Virus record (IMG/VR): IMGVR_UViG_3300029171_000014
Location: 1-46,812 of that record
Origin: a virus
Lineage: Duplodnaviria; Caudoviricetes
Direction: 5' to 3' (one strand)
Length of the DNA stretch: 46,812 bases
Both the position numbers and the translations under genes were made by a program. Positions 8,330 to 16,798 of the stretch are shown here, one piece after another; within the stretch, counting starts at the first letter, position 1; each line of letters starts with the position of its first letter. The notes under the pieces were generated by a model. It was not told where the DNA came from. It made no database searches and worked only from the letters and a program-made list of their open reading frames with translations.

Positions 8330-8440
8330 ACGACTGATAATGAACTCTAATCTACTCATTCTACCTCCAAATCTACTCATTTTACACCTAAACTATGCAA
8401 TTTTGTCCCTAACTCCCAACACAGGTTATCAATGACCGAC

Positions 8441-8716
8441 TTAGGGGCTACTTAACCCCTCAAACCAACTCTCGGCACTTTTACCTTCGGCTAGGTGGTC
8501 TATGAAGCGGTGCCATTCATCAAGCCAGTAAATACCGCCAGATTGTCTAAGGCCTAAATCTATCACTCTCCACCCCATCGCCTTGCCGAGTGCTTGCCAG
8601 AAGAGGGGTTTAAGCAGAACGGCCGCATAATTATAATTCCCTTCTTTATGAAAAGAATCTTTCGTTACAATCCACCCTCCCCAAATCGCTGTCTCTATTG
8701 CTTGTTGTATTGTCAT
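8441..8716 (-). CDS. hypothetical phage protein
   Basis: LKPLFWQALGKAMGW...HRFIDHLAEGK. Confidence 0.7.
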   Translation of the reverse strand: MTIQQAIETAIWGGWIVTKDSFHKEGNYNYAAVLLKPLFWQALGKAMGWRVIDLGLRQSGGIYWLDEWHRFIDHLAEGKSAESWFEGLSSP

Positions 8717-8728
8717 CTCTCCACATCA

Positions 8729-8989
8729 TTATCCCTCTGTTTTGTTTGTCATGGGGGTTAGTCTGGTCTTTAAGATTTTATTGAACGCCTTTACATACTT
8801 CTCTGATTTATCCAACTCTTCAAGTGCCATTGCATAAGTGAAAGAGCTTGGAGACATAGCCTCATCACAAGCCATCGCTGTCTCTATATCATTTATCCTG
8901 TTTTCTAATTGATTAACGCAGTTCTTGATATGAGAATCACTCATCTCATTTATGTCAAGAACCTCCTTGTTTTGTGTTACCCATTTCAT
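8729..8989 (-). CDS. hypothetical phage protein
   Basis: W.T....I.EMSDSHI.N pattern recurrent in small phage proteins. Confidence 0.7.
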   Translation of the reverse strand: MKWVTQNKEVLDINEMSDSHIKNCVNQLENRINDIETAMACDEAMSPSSFTYAMALEELDKSEKYVKAFNKILKTRLTPMTNKTEG

Positions 8990-8995
8990 ATTATT

Positions 8996-9316
8996 TTACT
9001 TTACCTCCGTTCCGTCCCATTCTTGACCTTTAGCTTTGATGGTGGCGAGGGCATGATTAAAGCCAGTGTTCTGATTTGAAATCGCTACATCCACTACATT
9101 ATCGAGTTTGGCTGTCAATGCGTGATGATTCTTCTCCTCCACCATCACCGCACTCAGAGTAGCGGATGACATGCGGTTGCCAAAAGCGATGAGGAAGGCT
9201 TTTACGGCACTATTGCATGAACATTTTTCTCCACTCCAACCTGTCGCATAAACTTCGCCAAACTTCTCCTCAAACTTCTCACACTCCTCCTTGATGATGT
9301 CGGATTTAGTTTTCAT
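8996..9316 (-). CDS. hypothetical protein, paralog of 4593-5039
   Basis: FL...VEEK...GFNHAL...EW.G. Confidence 0.65.
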   Translation of the reverse strand: MKTKSDIIKEECEKFEEKFGEVYATGWSGEKCSCNSAVKAFLIAFGNRMSSATLSAVMVEEKNHHALTAKLDNVVDVAISNQNTGFNHALATIKAKGQEWDGTEVK

Positions 9317-9388
9317 TGTTTTGTAGTTTTATCCCCTCTGCACTGGCGGTAGCTTCGTTCATTATAGCTTCTTGTTTTAGTTCTTCTT

Positions 9389-9790
9389 TCATTTGTTTGT
9401 GGTTAGTTCCCCTTTGATAATTTCGTGTCCACAATACTCCACGCAAGAGCCGTAATTCTTGCAGTTTTTCTCTTTACAGTTTGGTAGCTTGCAGTCTGGG
9501 GACATTATATCTTTTACCATCTTATCAGGATTACAGGCGTAGCATTCCCCATCATATTTCGGACCACGAAGACCTTTATCTATCCCCATCATCTGACTAA
9601 ATTCGTAAGGCTTCATTTCTGGGTCATCCACATCTACCACATCGCTTAATTGAGAATAAAATATATCTCCCGTTCCCCAGTTATTTCTATCTGCACTGTT
9701 TTTTATCCATCCCCAAACCTTTTTAATTATTGCCCAAAAGATAGCGACAAAGGCAGTGACAGCGAGGAATATGGTTAGTCTTTCGTTCAT
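9389..9790 (-). CDS. membrane-anchored Cys-rich protein
   Basis: N-terminal hydrophobic helix; Cys-rich C-terminus. Confidence 0.6.
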   Translation of the reverse strand: MNERLTIFLAVTAFVAIFWAIIKKVWGWIKNSADRNNWGTGDIFYSQLSDVVDVDDPEMKPYEFSQMMGIDKGLRGPKYDGECYACNPDKMVKDIMSPDCKLPNCKEKNCKNYGSCVEYCGHEIIKGELTTNK

Positions 9791-10824
9791 ATGTTTTTAG
9801 ATTTATTTAATGAAATAGGTATAAAAGACAATATCCATGTAACAACGTCAACATTAAAGGCATTTCCAAGACAATGATAGCGTTGGTTGTCAGAGATATC
9901 TGCCGTATAATTATCTCTAAGTCCCTGCAATCTTTCTGCTTCAATTGGGGTCAGTCTTCTGATTGGAGTTATCATGTCCCAGTTATGCTTATCTCCATAT
10001 CCACTTCCTCTACCAGATGTCCTTATTGTTCTACTTTTGTTAGGAATTGCATATAACCCCGTCTTTGCTCCCCTTCCTCCTCCCAAGGCAGAGAGGGTGG
10101 TAGACTTCCCATCGGTTGAATAAACCCTGTCTCCTTGGCCAAAGTTGCGAGACAATTTCTTTCCATCCTTGGCCCAGTCTTTATTCCTAATACCTCCAAG
10201 AAACTTTAATTCTGTTTTCTTATTCCCTACTCCTTCTATCATTGTTACATTCTTAACATAATACTTTTCGTCAACTTTATCTTCTAGAATATCTTTGAGC
10301 ATGATGCCTTTGTCTTGGGGTTGCGTAATTCCAGGTATGTTGGTAAAGAATAATCTTTTCCTTTTTTGGGCGGAGACAAGAGAAGCGTTGATTTCTATAC
10401 AATACGCAGAAGGGTCTATCTGTTGGATGGTTTTAAGTATTAGTTCTTTTTGGTCTTTTGCCATGCTTGAGACATTCTCGTAAAGGAAGAACTTTGGCTT
10501 AACCTCTTTGTGTATCCTGATCATTTCATAGAATAACCCTGATTTGTCTCCTGCTAAACCTTTTCTATTCTTCTTTGCAATAGAGAGGTCAACGCAAGGA
10601 AATCCTCCTACTAATAGGTCAACTGGAAATTTGTTTCCACGAGGCACATTAAAGTGTAATCCTTTTACATCTCCTAGCTGGATTGTGTCAGGGTAATTCT
10701 TTTGAGCAATCTGTATGGCGTATTTATCTATTTCAGAAGCATAATATTTTTCAATAGATATTCCTGCTCTTTCTAAGGCCACACGAGAACATGCGATCCC
10801 GTCAAAAAGCGATAAAACTTTCAT
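9787..10824 (-). CDS. dcm: DNA (cytosine-5)-methyltransferase
   Basis: LSLFDG, GGFPC catalytic motif, ENV, QKRKR, RLTPIEAERLQG, LGNA. Confidence 0.95.
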   Translation of the reverse strand: MKVLSLFDGIACSRVALERAGISIEKYYASEIDKYAIQIAQKNYPDTIQLGDVKGLHFNVPRGNKFPVDLLVGGFPCVDLSIAKKNRKGLAGDKSGLFYEMIRIHKEVKPKFFLYENVSSMAKDQKELILKTIQQIDPSAYCIEINASLVSAQKRKRLFFTNIPGITQPQDKGIMLKDILEDKVDEKYYVKNVTMIEGVGNKKTELKFLGGIRNKDWAKDGKKLSRNFGQGDRVYSTDGKSTTLSALGGGRGAKTGLYAIPNKSRTIRTSGRGSGYGDKHNWDMITPIRRLTPIEAERLQGLRDNYTADISDNQRYHCLGNAFNVDVVTWILSFIPISLNKSKNI

Positions 10825-11014
10825 CTGATTTATTTATTCTTCTATATCTCCACTTGAGACTTGAACCCAATCTTCTTTCTCTCCATACTGATTCTAGCCA
10901 GACAAAAAGAAACTCTCCCTCATCCCTGGTGCCATCCGATGCCCAGACTGGATACCATGCAAACCACTTATGAGACGGTATGGATTCTTTATTATTTGGA
11001 TCGCAGATTATCAT
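10802..11014 (-). CDS. hypothetical phage protein
   Basis: KWFAWYPV...VWLE.V.R motif. Confidence 0.65.
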   Translation of the reverse strand: MIICDPNNKESIPSHKWFAWYPVWASDGTRDEGEFLFVWLESVWRERRLGSSLKWRYRRINKSDESFIAF

Positions 11015-11028
11015 GTTTAATAATTATT

Positions 11029-11211
11029 TTAAATAATAAGTTCTGGATATCCGACTTTCTTGTAACCTTCATTCATTTTCATCTTTGTGATGACCGCTAA
11101 GGCAAGGCGACAGGATGTACAGTAGATGCCCTTTGGACTTGCTTCCCTTTTATTAATTTTACACTTTTCACAAAAGTGAACATCTTCTTTAATTGTCTCC
11201 TTCTTCTTCAT
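11029..11211 (-). CDS. small zinc-finger protein
   Basis: CEKC...CTSC. Confidence 0.55.
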   Translation of the reverse strand: MKKKETIKEDVHFCEKCKINKREASPKGIYCTSCRLALAVITKMKMNEGYKKVGYPELII

Positions 11212-11377
11212 TTAATTCTTTATTAGGATTATCGTCTACTTCTTCTGTGGAGGTAGGTATCACTTCGTCAGGAGGAAGTAAGGCAAAAAGCATAGCAAGA
11301 TTTAGTTCATTTGAGCAGTGAGGACAAACGATCGGGAGTACTAGCTCTGTCTTACCTTGAGATGAGTCTTCGTTCAT
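11189..11377 (-). CDS. small acidic protein with CPHC
   Basis: coupled ORF. Confidence 0.55.
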   Translation of the reverse strand: MNEDSSQGKTELVLPIVCPHCSNELNLAMLFALLPPDEVIPTSTEEVDDNPNKELNEEEGDN

Positions 11378-11661
11378 TTCTTTAATTTCTTATAAGTCTT
11401 AATGTTAATAGGGTGCTTATTTTTTTCTGCACACCTCAAGGCATAATCACAGTGTTTAAACATTAGGTCTTTAGAGTAACCGTAGCGGATGTAATCAACC
11501 ATGTGTTCAGTGTTGAAGAAATAATCTGCGATTTGATAACATCCCCCTATGTCATCGGCAATCCAATAAGCTTCTGCATCCTTGCCAAAGTAGCGAGCGG
11601 TGAAGTACTTGGCCAGGTTGTCTGTTGCCTTCTCCCAGTCTGTTAGATATTTTGTTTTCAT
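11374..11661 (-). CDS. hypothetical phage protein
   Basis: first ORF after promoter; YWIADDIGG...DYFFN. Confidence 0.7.
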   Translation of the reverse strand: MKTKYLTDWEKATDNLAKYFTARYFGKDAEAYWIADDIGGCYQIADYFFNTEHMVDYIRYGYSKDLMFKHCDYALRCAEKNKHPINIKTYKKLKK

Positions 11662-11667
11662 ATGTTA

Positions 11668-11696
11668 AGTCTATATTCTTATTTACTATTTGTCAA
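11668..11696 (-). promoter_or_regulatory. sigma70-type promoter overlapping ruvC end
   Basis: cTTGACAaatag; TTGACA-N17-TAGACT. Confidence 0.7.
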
Positions 11697-12240
11697 GTAG
11701 TTGCTTCTTTAATAAGTCAACCACCTCTTGCTGGGGGACAGTCAACTTCTTGAGGGGGTTACCAAGTACAGCCCAACCTACTGCACTAAGTCCAAAACTA
11801 TCGGCAGTGTTGTCCTCCATGAATGTATGTCCATACTGTTTGAATATTTCCATCATTACAATATTTTTGTCAGCGTTCCCTTTCCCTGTTATATACTTTT
11901 TTAGACTGCTCGGTGCAACTAAGATACACTTCCACTGGAACTCAGCAAGAAGTGTTCTTACTAGGTGTGAAAGTCCTGCAATTTGCGTGATGGCTGAGGT
12001 ATTGCGGGCCATGAAGGCCTGTGCTTCAATAACAACTAAACCAGGGGCTTCATTAGGACAATATTCGTCTATCTTTTGAACAATCTCTTCTGCAATTTTG
12101 ACTATTCGTTTTGTTTCCGCAAGATATGAGTCACCACTAGGTTTTGATTTAATTAAGCCTGAATAAAGAAGAATGCCACCTTCTTGAATGATGCATATGC
12201 CTGTTTTGGCGAGGGAAAGATCTAATCCTACGGTAATCAT
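11686..12240 (-). CDS. ruvC: RuvC-like Holliday junction resolvase
   Basis: GLDLS..TG, VVIE, PSSLKKYITGKGNADK, DNTADSFGL. Confidence 0.9.
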   Translation of the reverse strand: MITVGLDLSLAKTGICIIQEGGILLYSGLIKSKPSGDSYLAETKRIVKIAEEIVQKIDEYCPNEAPGLVVIEAQAFMARNTSAITQIAGLSHLVRTLLAEFQWKCILVAPSSLKKYITGKGNADKNIVMMEIFKQYGHTFMEDNTADSFGLSAVGWAVLGNPLKKLTVPQQEVVDLLKKQLLDK

Positions 12241-12244
12241 AGGT

Positions 12245-12718
12245 CTATACGTTTTCCGTTACCTTATCTTCTCTGTCTGATGATGTCATGGTTGTGGGGT
12301 ATGAGGTTCCTGGGGGAGTAACGACATGACCCACCGACTTGTTTACAGTCTCTCTAATCGTCGTATTCCTAAATACGATAGAGACGATTTCCTTGATCTC
12401 AGCCTTGGTAGCCTCCGCATAGGATGCCTTTAGCTTTTCAAGTTCATTCTTGTGCTCAATGTTTAAGACAGCCTTCTCCCTTAAGGTAAGAGAATCTTCT
12501 CTCTCTTTCCAGAGTTTAATATCTTCAGTTAACTTGCCGATTTGGGTTGTTTTTTCAAGGATAAGGTTTAAATTATTTTTATTTCTGTCCTCAAGTTCCG
12601 AATTTATTCTGGTCAGTTCCTCTGACTCTGTTTTTACTTTGCGAAGTTGTTCTAGTACTTCAAATGACAAGGATTTTTCTGCGACCAGACCATCTAACAT
12701 TTCTTTTAGTTTATCCAT
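12245..12718 (-). CDS. coiled-coil protein
   Basis: E/K/L heptad-rich. Confidence 0.65.
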   Translation of the reverse strand: MDKLKEMLDGLVAEKSLSFEVLEQLRKVKTESEELTRINSELEDRNKNNLNLILEKTTQIGKLTEDIKLWKEREDSLTLREKAVLNIEHKNELEKLKASYAEATKAEIKEIVSIVFRNTTIRETVNKSVGHVVTPPGTSYPTTMTSSDREDKVTENV

Positions 12719-12730
12719 AACTGTATTTGA

Positions 12731-12976
12731 TTAAACTCTAGCTGGCCACTCCCACCTTGAGTCTGACCCACTAACTCCCTGTGCATCTGGAACTACTTCT
12801 TTAACATTGTGGTTAAAAAAGATACCACCGTAGACAGACATCACAAACAGTTCGCATGTCCCGTCCTCATTTACCTTCTGGATAATGGCAGGTGATTGCT
12901 TCCTCGGATGAAGACCATCTGCTGATCCTGGGTGATTATAGACTACCACTCGTCCGATACTCGGTTTTTGTTCCAT
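12731..12976 (-). CDS. small beta-barrel phage protein
   Basis: KPSIGRVVVY...PAII..V...WEWPARV. Confidence 0.7.
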   Translation of the reverse strand: MEQKPSIGRVVVYNHPGSADGLHPRKQSPAIIQKVNEDGTCELFVMSVYGGIFFNHNVKEVVPDAQGVSGSDSRWEWPARV

Positions 12977-12984
12977 ATTATTTG

Positions 12985-14001
12985 TTATTGTTTTATTAAT
13001 TCTATCCCCTCTAATAAATCACTATATACCAATCCTCTATTTTCTGCATACTTCCTAAGCATGCTATCAGTGGAAAGATCTAACCCCTCGTCTCCAGCTT
13101 CAATTTTGACCCTCTCAGAGGGGTATTGTTCAACAATTGTACTTCCGTCAAAGAAACTTAAAAACTTCCTTACGTCATCTAGATTCGTCTCATGGTTCGT
13201 AACGTAGCATTTGACTATGCTATTTGAAGGTATGGTTTCTTTATCATCTCTTTCTTCCCACACAATCTTTCTTATTTGCCGAACTGGCAATGGGACCTCT
13301 TTGGTCATTTTAGTCTCACTATCCCATACCCAGATACTTTTACCGTACTCTCCGATTTCTTGCGGAAAGACTGATCCTGTCCCCTGCACATTTGGAGACA
13401 GCAGTTCAGCACGGTGAATATGTCCGAAAAAGTTCATCCCAAATAGCTTACTCATCTTATCTTTATCAAGCACAATCTCACTATTGAAGAACTCAGTACT
13501 CTTCCCCCCTGCGAAAGCATGGTGGCTAAATGACACATCAGCCGGTTTAAGACTATCTATTAAGATTTTCTCTGCACCCTCTTTGGTGGTAGCTCCGAGG
13601 ACTGAATAAAGGGTGTATGGTATGAAAGTAGCAGAGAGTCTATCAGTAAGTTGTATATTTTGTGTAATACTTGTGTAGAAGTGCCAGTTTGGCATTTCCA
13701 ATCTTTGCAAGAAGTCAAGTGCTGTATTTCTTCCTGTCGTTGTTTCGTGGTTGCCGCTAATCGCATAAATTTGTTTATCTCCAAATCGCTTAAGAAACTC
13801 TACTAACTCTTTTAAGACGACAGAAGGATTGTTTCTTGAATTAAGGATGTCACCGAGCAATACGACCACATCACACTCCTCGGCTGTTTTAATAATCTTA
13901 TCTAGAACTCCAGTCCATTCTGCCTTGCGTCCATCTTCTATGGTAGAAGAATAGGGTAAATCGACCCTCATGTGGATGTCGCCGATAACAAGTACCTTCA
14001 T
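12985..14001 (-). CDS. sbcD: SbcD/Mre11-like metallophosphoesterase nuclease (gp47-like)
   Basis: GDIH, LGD, GNHE, SHH, GHIH, GS motifs. Confidence 0.9.
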   Translation of the reverse strand: MKVLVIGDIHMRVDLPYSSTIEDGRKAEWTGVLDKIIKTAEECDVVVLLGDILNSRNNPSVVLKELVEFLKRFGDKQIYAISGNHETTTGRNTALDFLQRLEMPNWHFYTSITQNIQLTDRLSATFIPYTLYSVLGATTKEGAEKILIDSLKPADVSFSHHAFAGGKSTEFFNSEIVLDKDKMSKLFGMNFFGHIHRAELLSPNVQGTGSVFPQEIGEYGKSIWVWDSETKMTKEVPLPVRQIRKIVWEERDDKETIPSNSIVKCYVTNHETNLDDVRKFLSFFDGSTIVEQYPSERVKIEAGDEGLDLSTDSMLRKYAENRGLVYSDLLEGIELIKQ

Positions 14002-14004
14002 AAT

Positions 14005-14820
14005 TTAAGCTTCTTCAAAGTTGGGCAAATAAGATCTAACGGGTTCAGAACTTTTGTTTTCTGCATAAGGGTTGTTTGCGTCTGTGTTTAAAGGAGTTAT
14101 CACTCCTTTATCTTTATTCGGATGAATGTTTGCCTCAGACAAAACTTCCCTTACCCTCCCTGAGATACGACTATCATCGTTATTTTTAAGGTAATGCTTT
14201 ATCCCACTTGTCATGGTCTTAAGAGTGTCGTGTGTTCGATCTTTTGTATCTCCATGGGTTTTTATATACTCCTGCACAAGAGCAGGAAGGCCTTCCTCCA
14301 TTTCAATGTTACCGAGGATGATATTGGCCATAGCGATAATGTCATTTTTACTGTATATCTCTTTTAAGATTGATTTATTTTTAGTGGCCTTTGGCTTAAA
14401 ATCTGCTTGCTTCAAAATACTTTTTGCATTTCGTGATAAGTCCAAGGCCTCATCACCCTCAAACAAGAAACGTTTAATTCGGTTGATCTGAATTACTGTT
14501 GCAGTTTTTCCATGTTTTTGATGGCTATTCTTTAGGAGGTAATTAACAACCTTTTTAATTGCTTTATAGCTTGAACCGTATTCGTTTAATTTCTGGGCAA
14601 TTAAAAGAATATCTTCTTTACTCCATGCCTTCCCCCAATGTAGCCTACCCTCAGTTTTATCATTTTCGGTAGTAACTATTTGTTCTTTTGGGAAGGCAGG
14701 ACGAACAGTAAGAGATGTTCCTTTTTCATACATTGATATTACTTGTACGAGTTCTTGGGCAGTTTCACATTCAATGTTGATGGCTTGCCCGTTTTGAAGA
14801 GTTATTGTACTTTTTAACAT
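14005..14820 (-). CDS. protein with tandem duplicated helical domain
   Basis: WSKEDI...IKRFL...IL..A...P aligns with YSKNDI...IKHYL...VL..A...P. Confidence 0.65.
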   Translation of the reverse strand: MLKSTITLQNGQAINIECETAQELVQVISMYEKGTSLTVRPAFPKEQIVTTENDKTEGRLHWGKAWSKEDILLIAQKLNEYGSSYKAIKKVVNYLLKNSHQKHGKTATVIQINRIKRFLFEGDEALDLSRNAKSILKQADFKPKATKNKSILKEIYSKNDIIAMANIILGNIEMEEGLPALVQEYIKTHGDTKDRTHDTLKTMTSGIKHYLKNNDDSRISGRVREVLSEANIHPNKDKGVITPLNTDANNPYAENKSSEPVRSYLPNFEEA

Positions 14821-14857
14821 CTAATTTTAATTTAATTTATAATTTTTGACCCCCAGC

Positions 14858-15565
14858 CTAAACTGGTTTTGTAAACCCGCTAATACTAATAATTATCTTA
14901 GTTAGATTTTCTTCTATCATTGGAAGATCTGTATATTTTTCAATTATCTTATCTCCATCTTCCTCTGAAATAGCATCATTAATAAGTCCTTTAGTTATTG
15001 CAAGCTTTCTAATTGCGTCCATTGTTTCGTTACGTGGTTTTATTTCTGTGACAGGTATTGCTGCTCCAGTAGGAACAGCTGTTGCAGGAGATGAAAATGC
15101 CTTATTCCACTCTTCCTCAGAGGGAGGTGTATTGTTTACACTTGTCTTTGGAGATGCGATAGGCTTTATGTAATTTGTCTCTACTTCCTTCTGGTGATTC
15201 AACCAATCTTGATCAACGAGCTTTGAGTCTGCGTAGATGCGAATAATCTTTACTTTAGTTGGACTACCATCTTGATTTTTAAGTCTTTTGCTATCTCGTA
15301 ATTCATCTAGTCTAAACCCTACAATTTGACCGAATTGAATTCCATTCATTCTTTCGTGAATCACGGCATTAGTTTGGCGAAATCCAAGATTCCAGATCTT
15401 TCCTGACGCATCCTGTAATACATAAATTGCCTGCTCATTTCCAAAGCTATCCTTTCCATTACGCATATCTATGTAAGTTCCCTGTACTCCATCCCCAACA
15501 TTCTTAAACTTGAAAAATTCTCCTGACTGTGGCTTTGTACTTGCAAATATATCAATTGTATTCAT
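14858..15565 (-). CDS. putative single-stranded DNA-binding protein (OB fold)
   Basis: FFKF..VGD.V.GTY beta pattern, low-complexity linker, recombination context. Confidence 0.5.
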   Translation of the reverse strand: MNTIDIFASTKPQSGEFFKFKNVGDGVQGTYIDMRNGKDSFGNEQAIYVLQDASGKIWNLGFRQTNAVIHERMNGIQFGQIVGFRLDELRDSKRLKNQDGSPTKVKIIRIYADSKLVDQDWLNHQKEVETNYIKPIASPKTSVNNTPPSEEEWNKAFSSPATAVPTGAAIPVTEIKPRNETMDAIRKLAITKGLINDAISEEDGDKIIEKYTDLPMIEENLTKIIISISGFTKPV

Positions 15566-15629
15566 GACTTTATATCGTTAATTTTTAATATCTTAATTTT
15601 ATAACCTATCGACCTTATATATAAAAAGA

Positions 15630-15658
15630 AGTATATACCCCTATTTTCTATTTGTCAA
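15630..15658 (-). promoter_or_regulatory. sigma70-type promoter
   Basis: cTTGACAaatagaaa; TTGACA-N17-TATACT. Confidence 0.8.
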
Positions 15659-15662
15659 GGGA

Positions 15663-16223
15663 TTATTTTTTCTTAAATACTGCAACAATACGTGTTCTTG
15701 GGACCCCTTCTTCAGGGGACCAGTCCCTAACTTCTTTAACTGAAATTTTTTTCATACTCTTAAATAACTCTTCTACTCCTTCACATGTAAAACGAAAGAA
15801 ATCTTGAGGAAACGCATGATATTCCCAAATGAAGGGTACTGTGACAAATAACATTGCCCCAGGTTTTAACGAGTTAATTATATTTGTTGCCACAATAAAT
15901 GGATTTGAAGTATGCTCTAATAGATCCATGCAAATACCTCCATCAAACTTGTTCCCCCTGATTGGCTTAAGTAAATCTATCCCATTATCATAATCAAGGA
16001 CAACATATTCAGGAACCTTTCTTTTATTTGAACTTCCACGAGTCAAGATATTGATATCAGCTCCTCCTTTCTCCCCTTCAACAACCTCTACGTCATTCAA
16101 AGAAAGCATTCTCTTGATGATAGGAGCTCCTATGTTATCTGTCCCACCAAAATCTGCCACTCGTCCAGATAACTTATATTTATTTAGAAATAAAGCTAAT
16201 TGCTGAAGAGAGGGGATAGTCAT
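15663..16223 (-). CDS. class I SAM-dependent methyltransferase (type 11-like)
   Basis: VADFGG, FDGGICMDLLEH, LKPGAMLFVTVPF...H..P.DFFRFT. Confidence 0.8.
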   Translation of the reverse strand: MTIPSLQQLALFLNKYKLSGRVADFGGTDNIGAPIIKRMLSLNDVEVVEGEKGGADINILTRGSSNKRKVPEYVVLDYDNGIDLLKPIRGNKFDGGICMDLLEHTSNPFIVATNIINSLKPGAMLFVTVPFIWEYHAFPQDFFRFTCEGVEELFKSMKKISVKEVRDWSPEEGVPRTRIVAVFKKK

Positions 16224-16229
16224 TGAGAC

Positions 16230-16739
16230 TTATTTAAATACTAAAGTTATCATTCCTATAATCACTCCCACAAGAGATGTTATTATGACCCAAACAAACT
16301 TCTTTAACCATTCGACGTCGGCCTGAATCCTAAAGTCATCCTTAGCAGTATCTTTGTGATCTCCCTCTGCTTCTTTGAGGAAATTAATATCTTGCCGAGC
16401 TAAGGCATCTAATTTTTCAAGTGCATATATTTTTTCAACCTGAGATGCTACCTTTCCATTTAATGTTCCAAGGTGTTCATTAATTGATTTTAGACTTAAG
16501 TCAACTTGAGAAAGAGAGAATGCTACTTGATTATTTGTTTCCTCTCTTTTGGCCATATGACTTTCAAGTGCCTTGTAAGTCTTGTTTTGTGATTCTTTTA
16601 CCTCTACAAAGTTCTCGTTATCTATTTTAGTATGCTTCTTGAGTTCTTCTTTAACCTCATTAATAACGGCAAGATTGGTTTGCATTATTTGTTCGGCTCT
16701 TTTTTCTGCTGCCTCGGCAACTTTAGTTATACGCTTCAT
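16230..16739 (-). CDS. coiled-coil protein with C-terminal TM helix
   Basis: LNGKV segment; terminal FVWVIITSLVGVIIGMITLVF. Confidence 0.6.
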   Translation of the reverse strand: MKRITKVAEAAEKRAEQIMQTNLAVINEVKEELKKHTKIDNENFVEVKESQNKTYKALESHMAKREETNNQVAFSLSQVDLSLKSINEHLGTLNGKVASQVEKIYALEKLDALARQDINFLKEAEGDHKDTAKDDFRIQADVEWLKKFVWVIITSLVGVIIGMITLVFK

Positions 16740-16798
16740 CTTTTTATTTTAATGTATACTTCTTTTAATTTTAAACCTAAACCAATATAATATTTATT

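Noticed and set aside
8684-8888. ATCGCTGTCTCTAT present twice
   Set aside because: Both copies are inside coding regions (IETA); may be chance, no boundary role evident
9787-10824. Complete restriction-modification system
   Set aside because: No adjacent restriction endonuclease; orphan phage methylases are common
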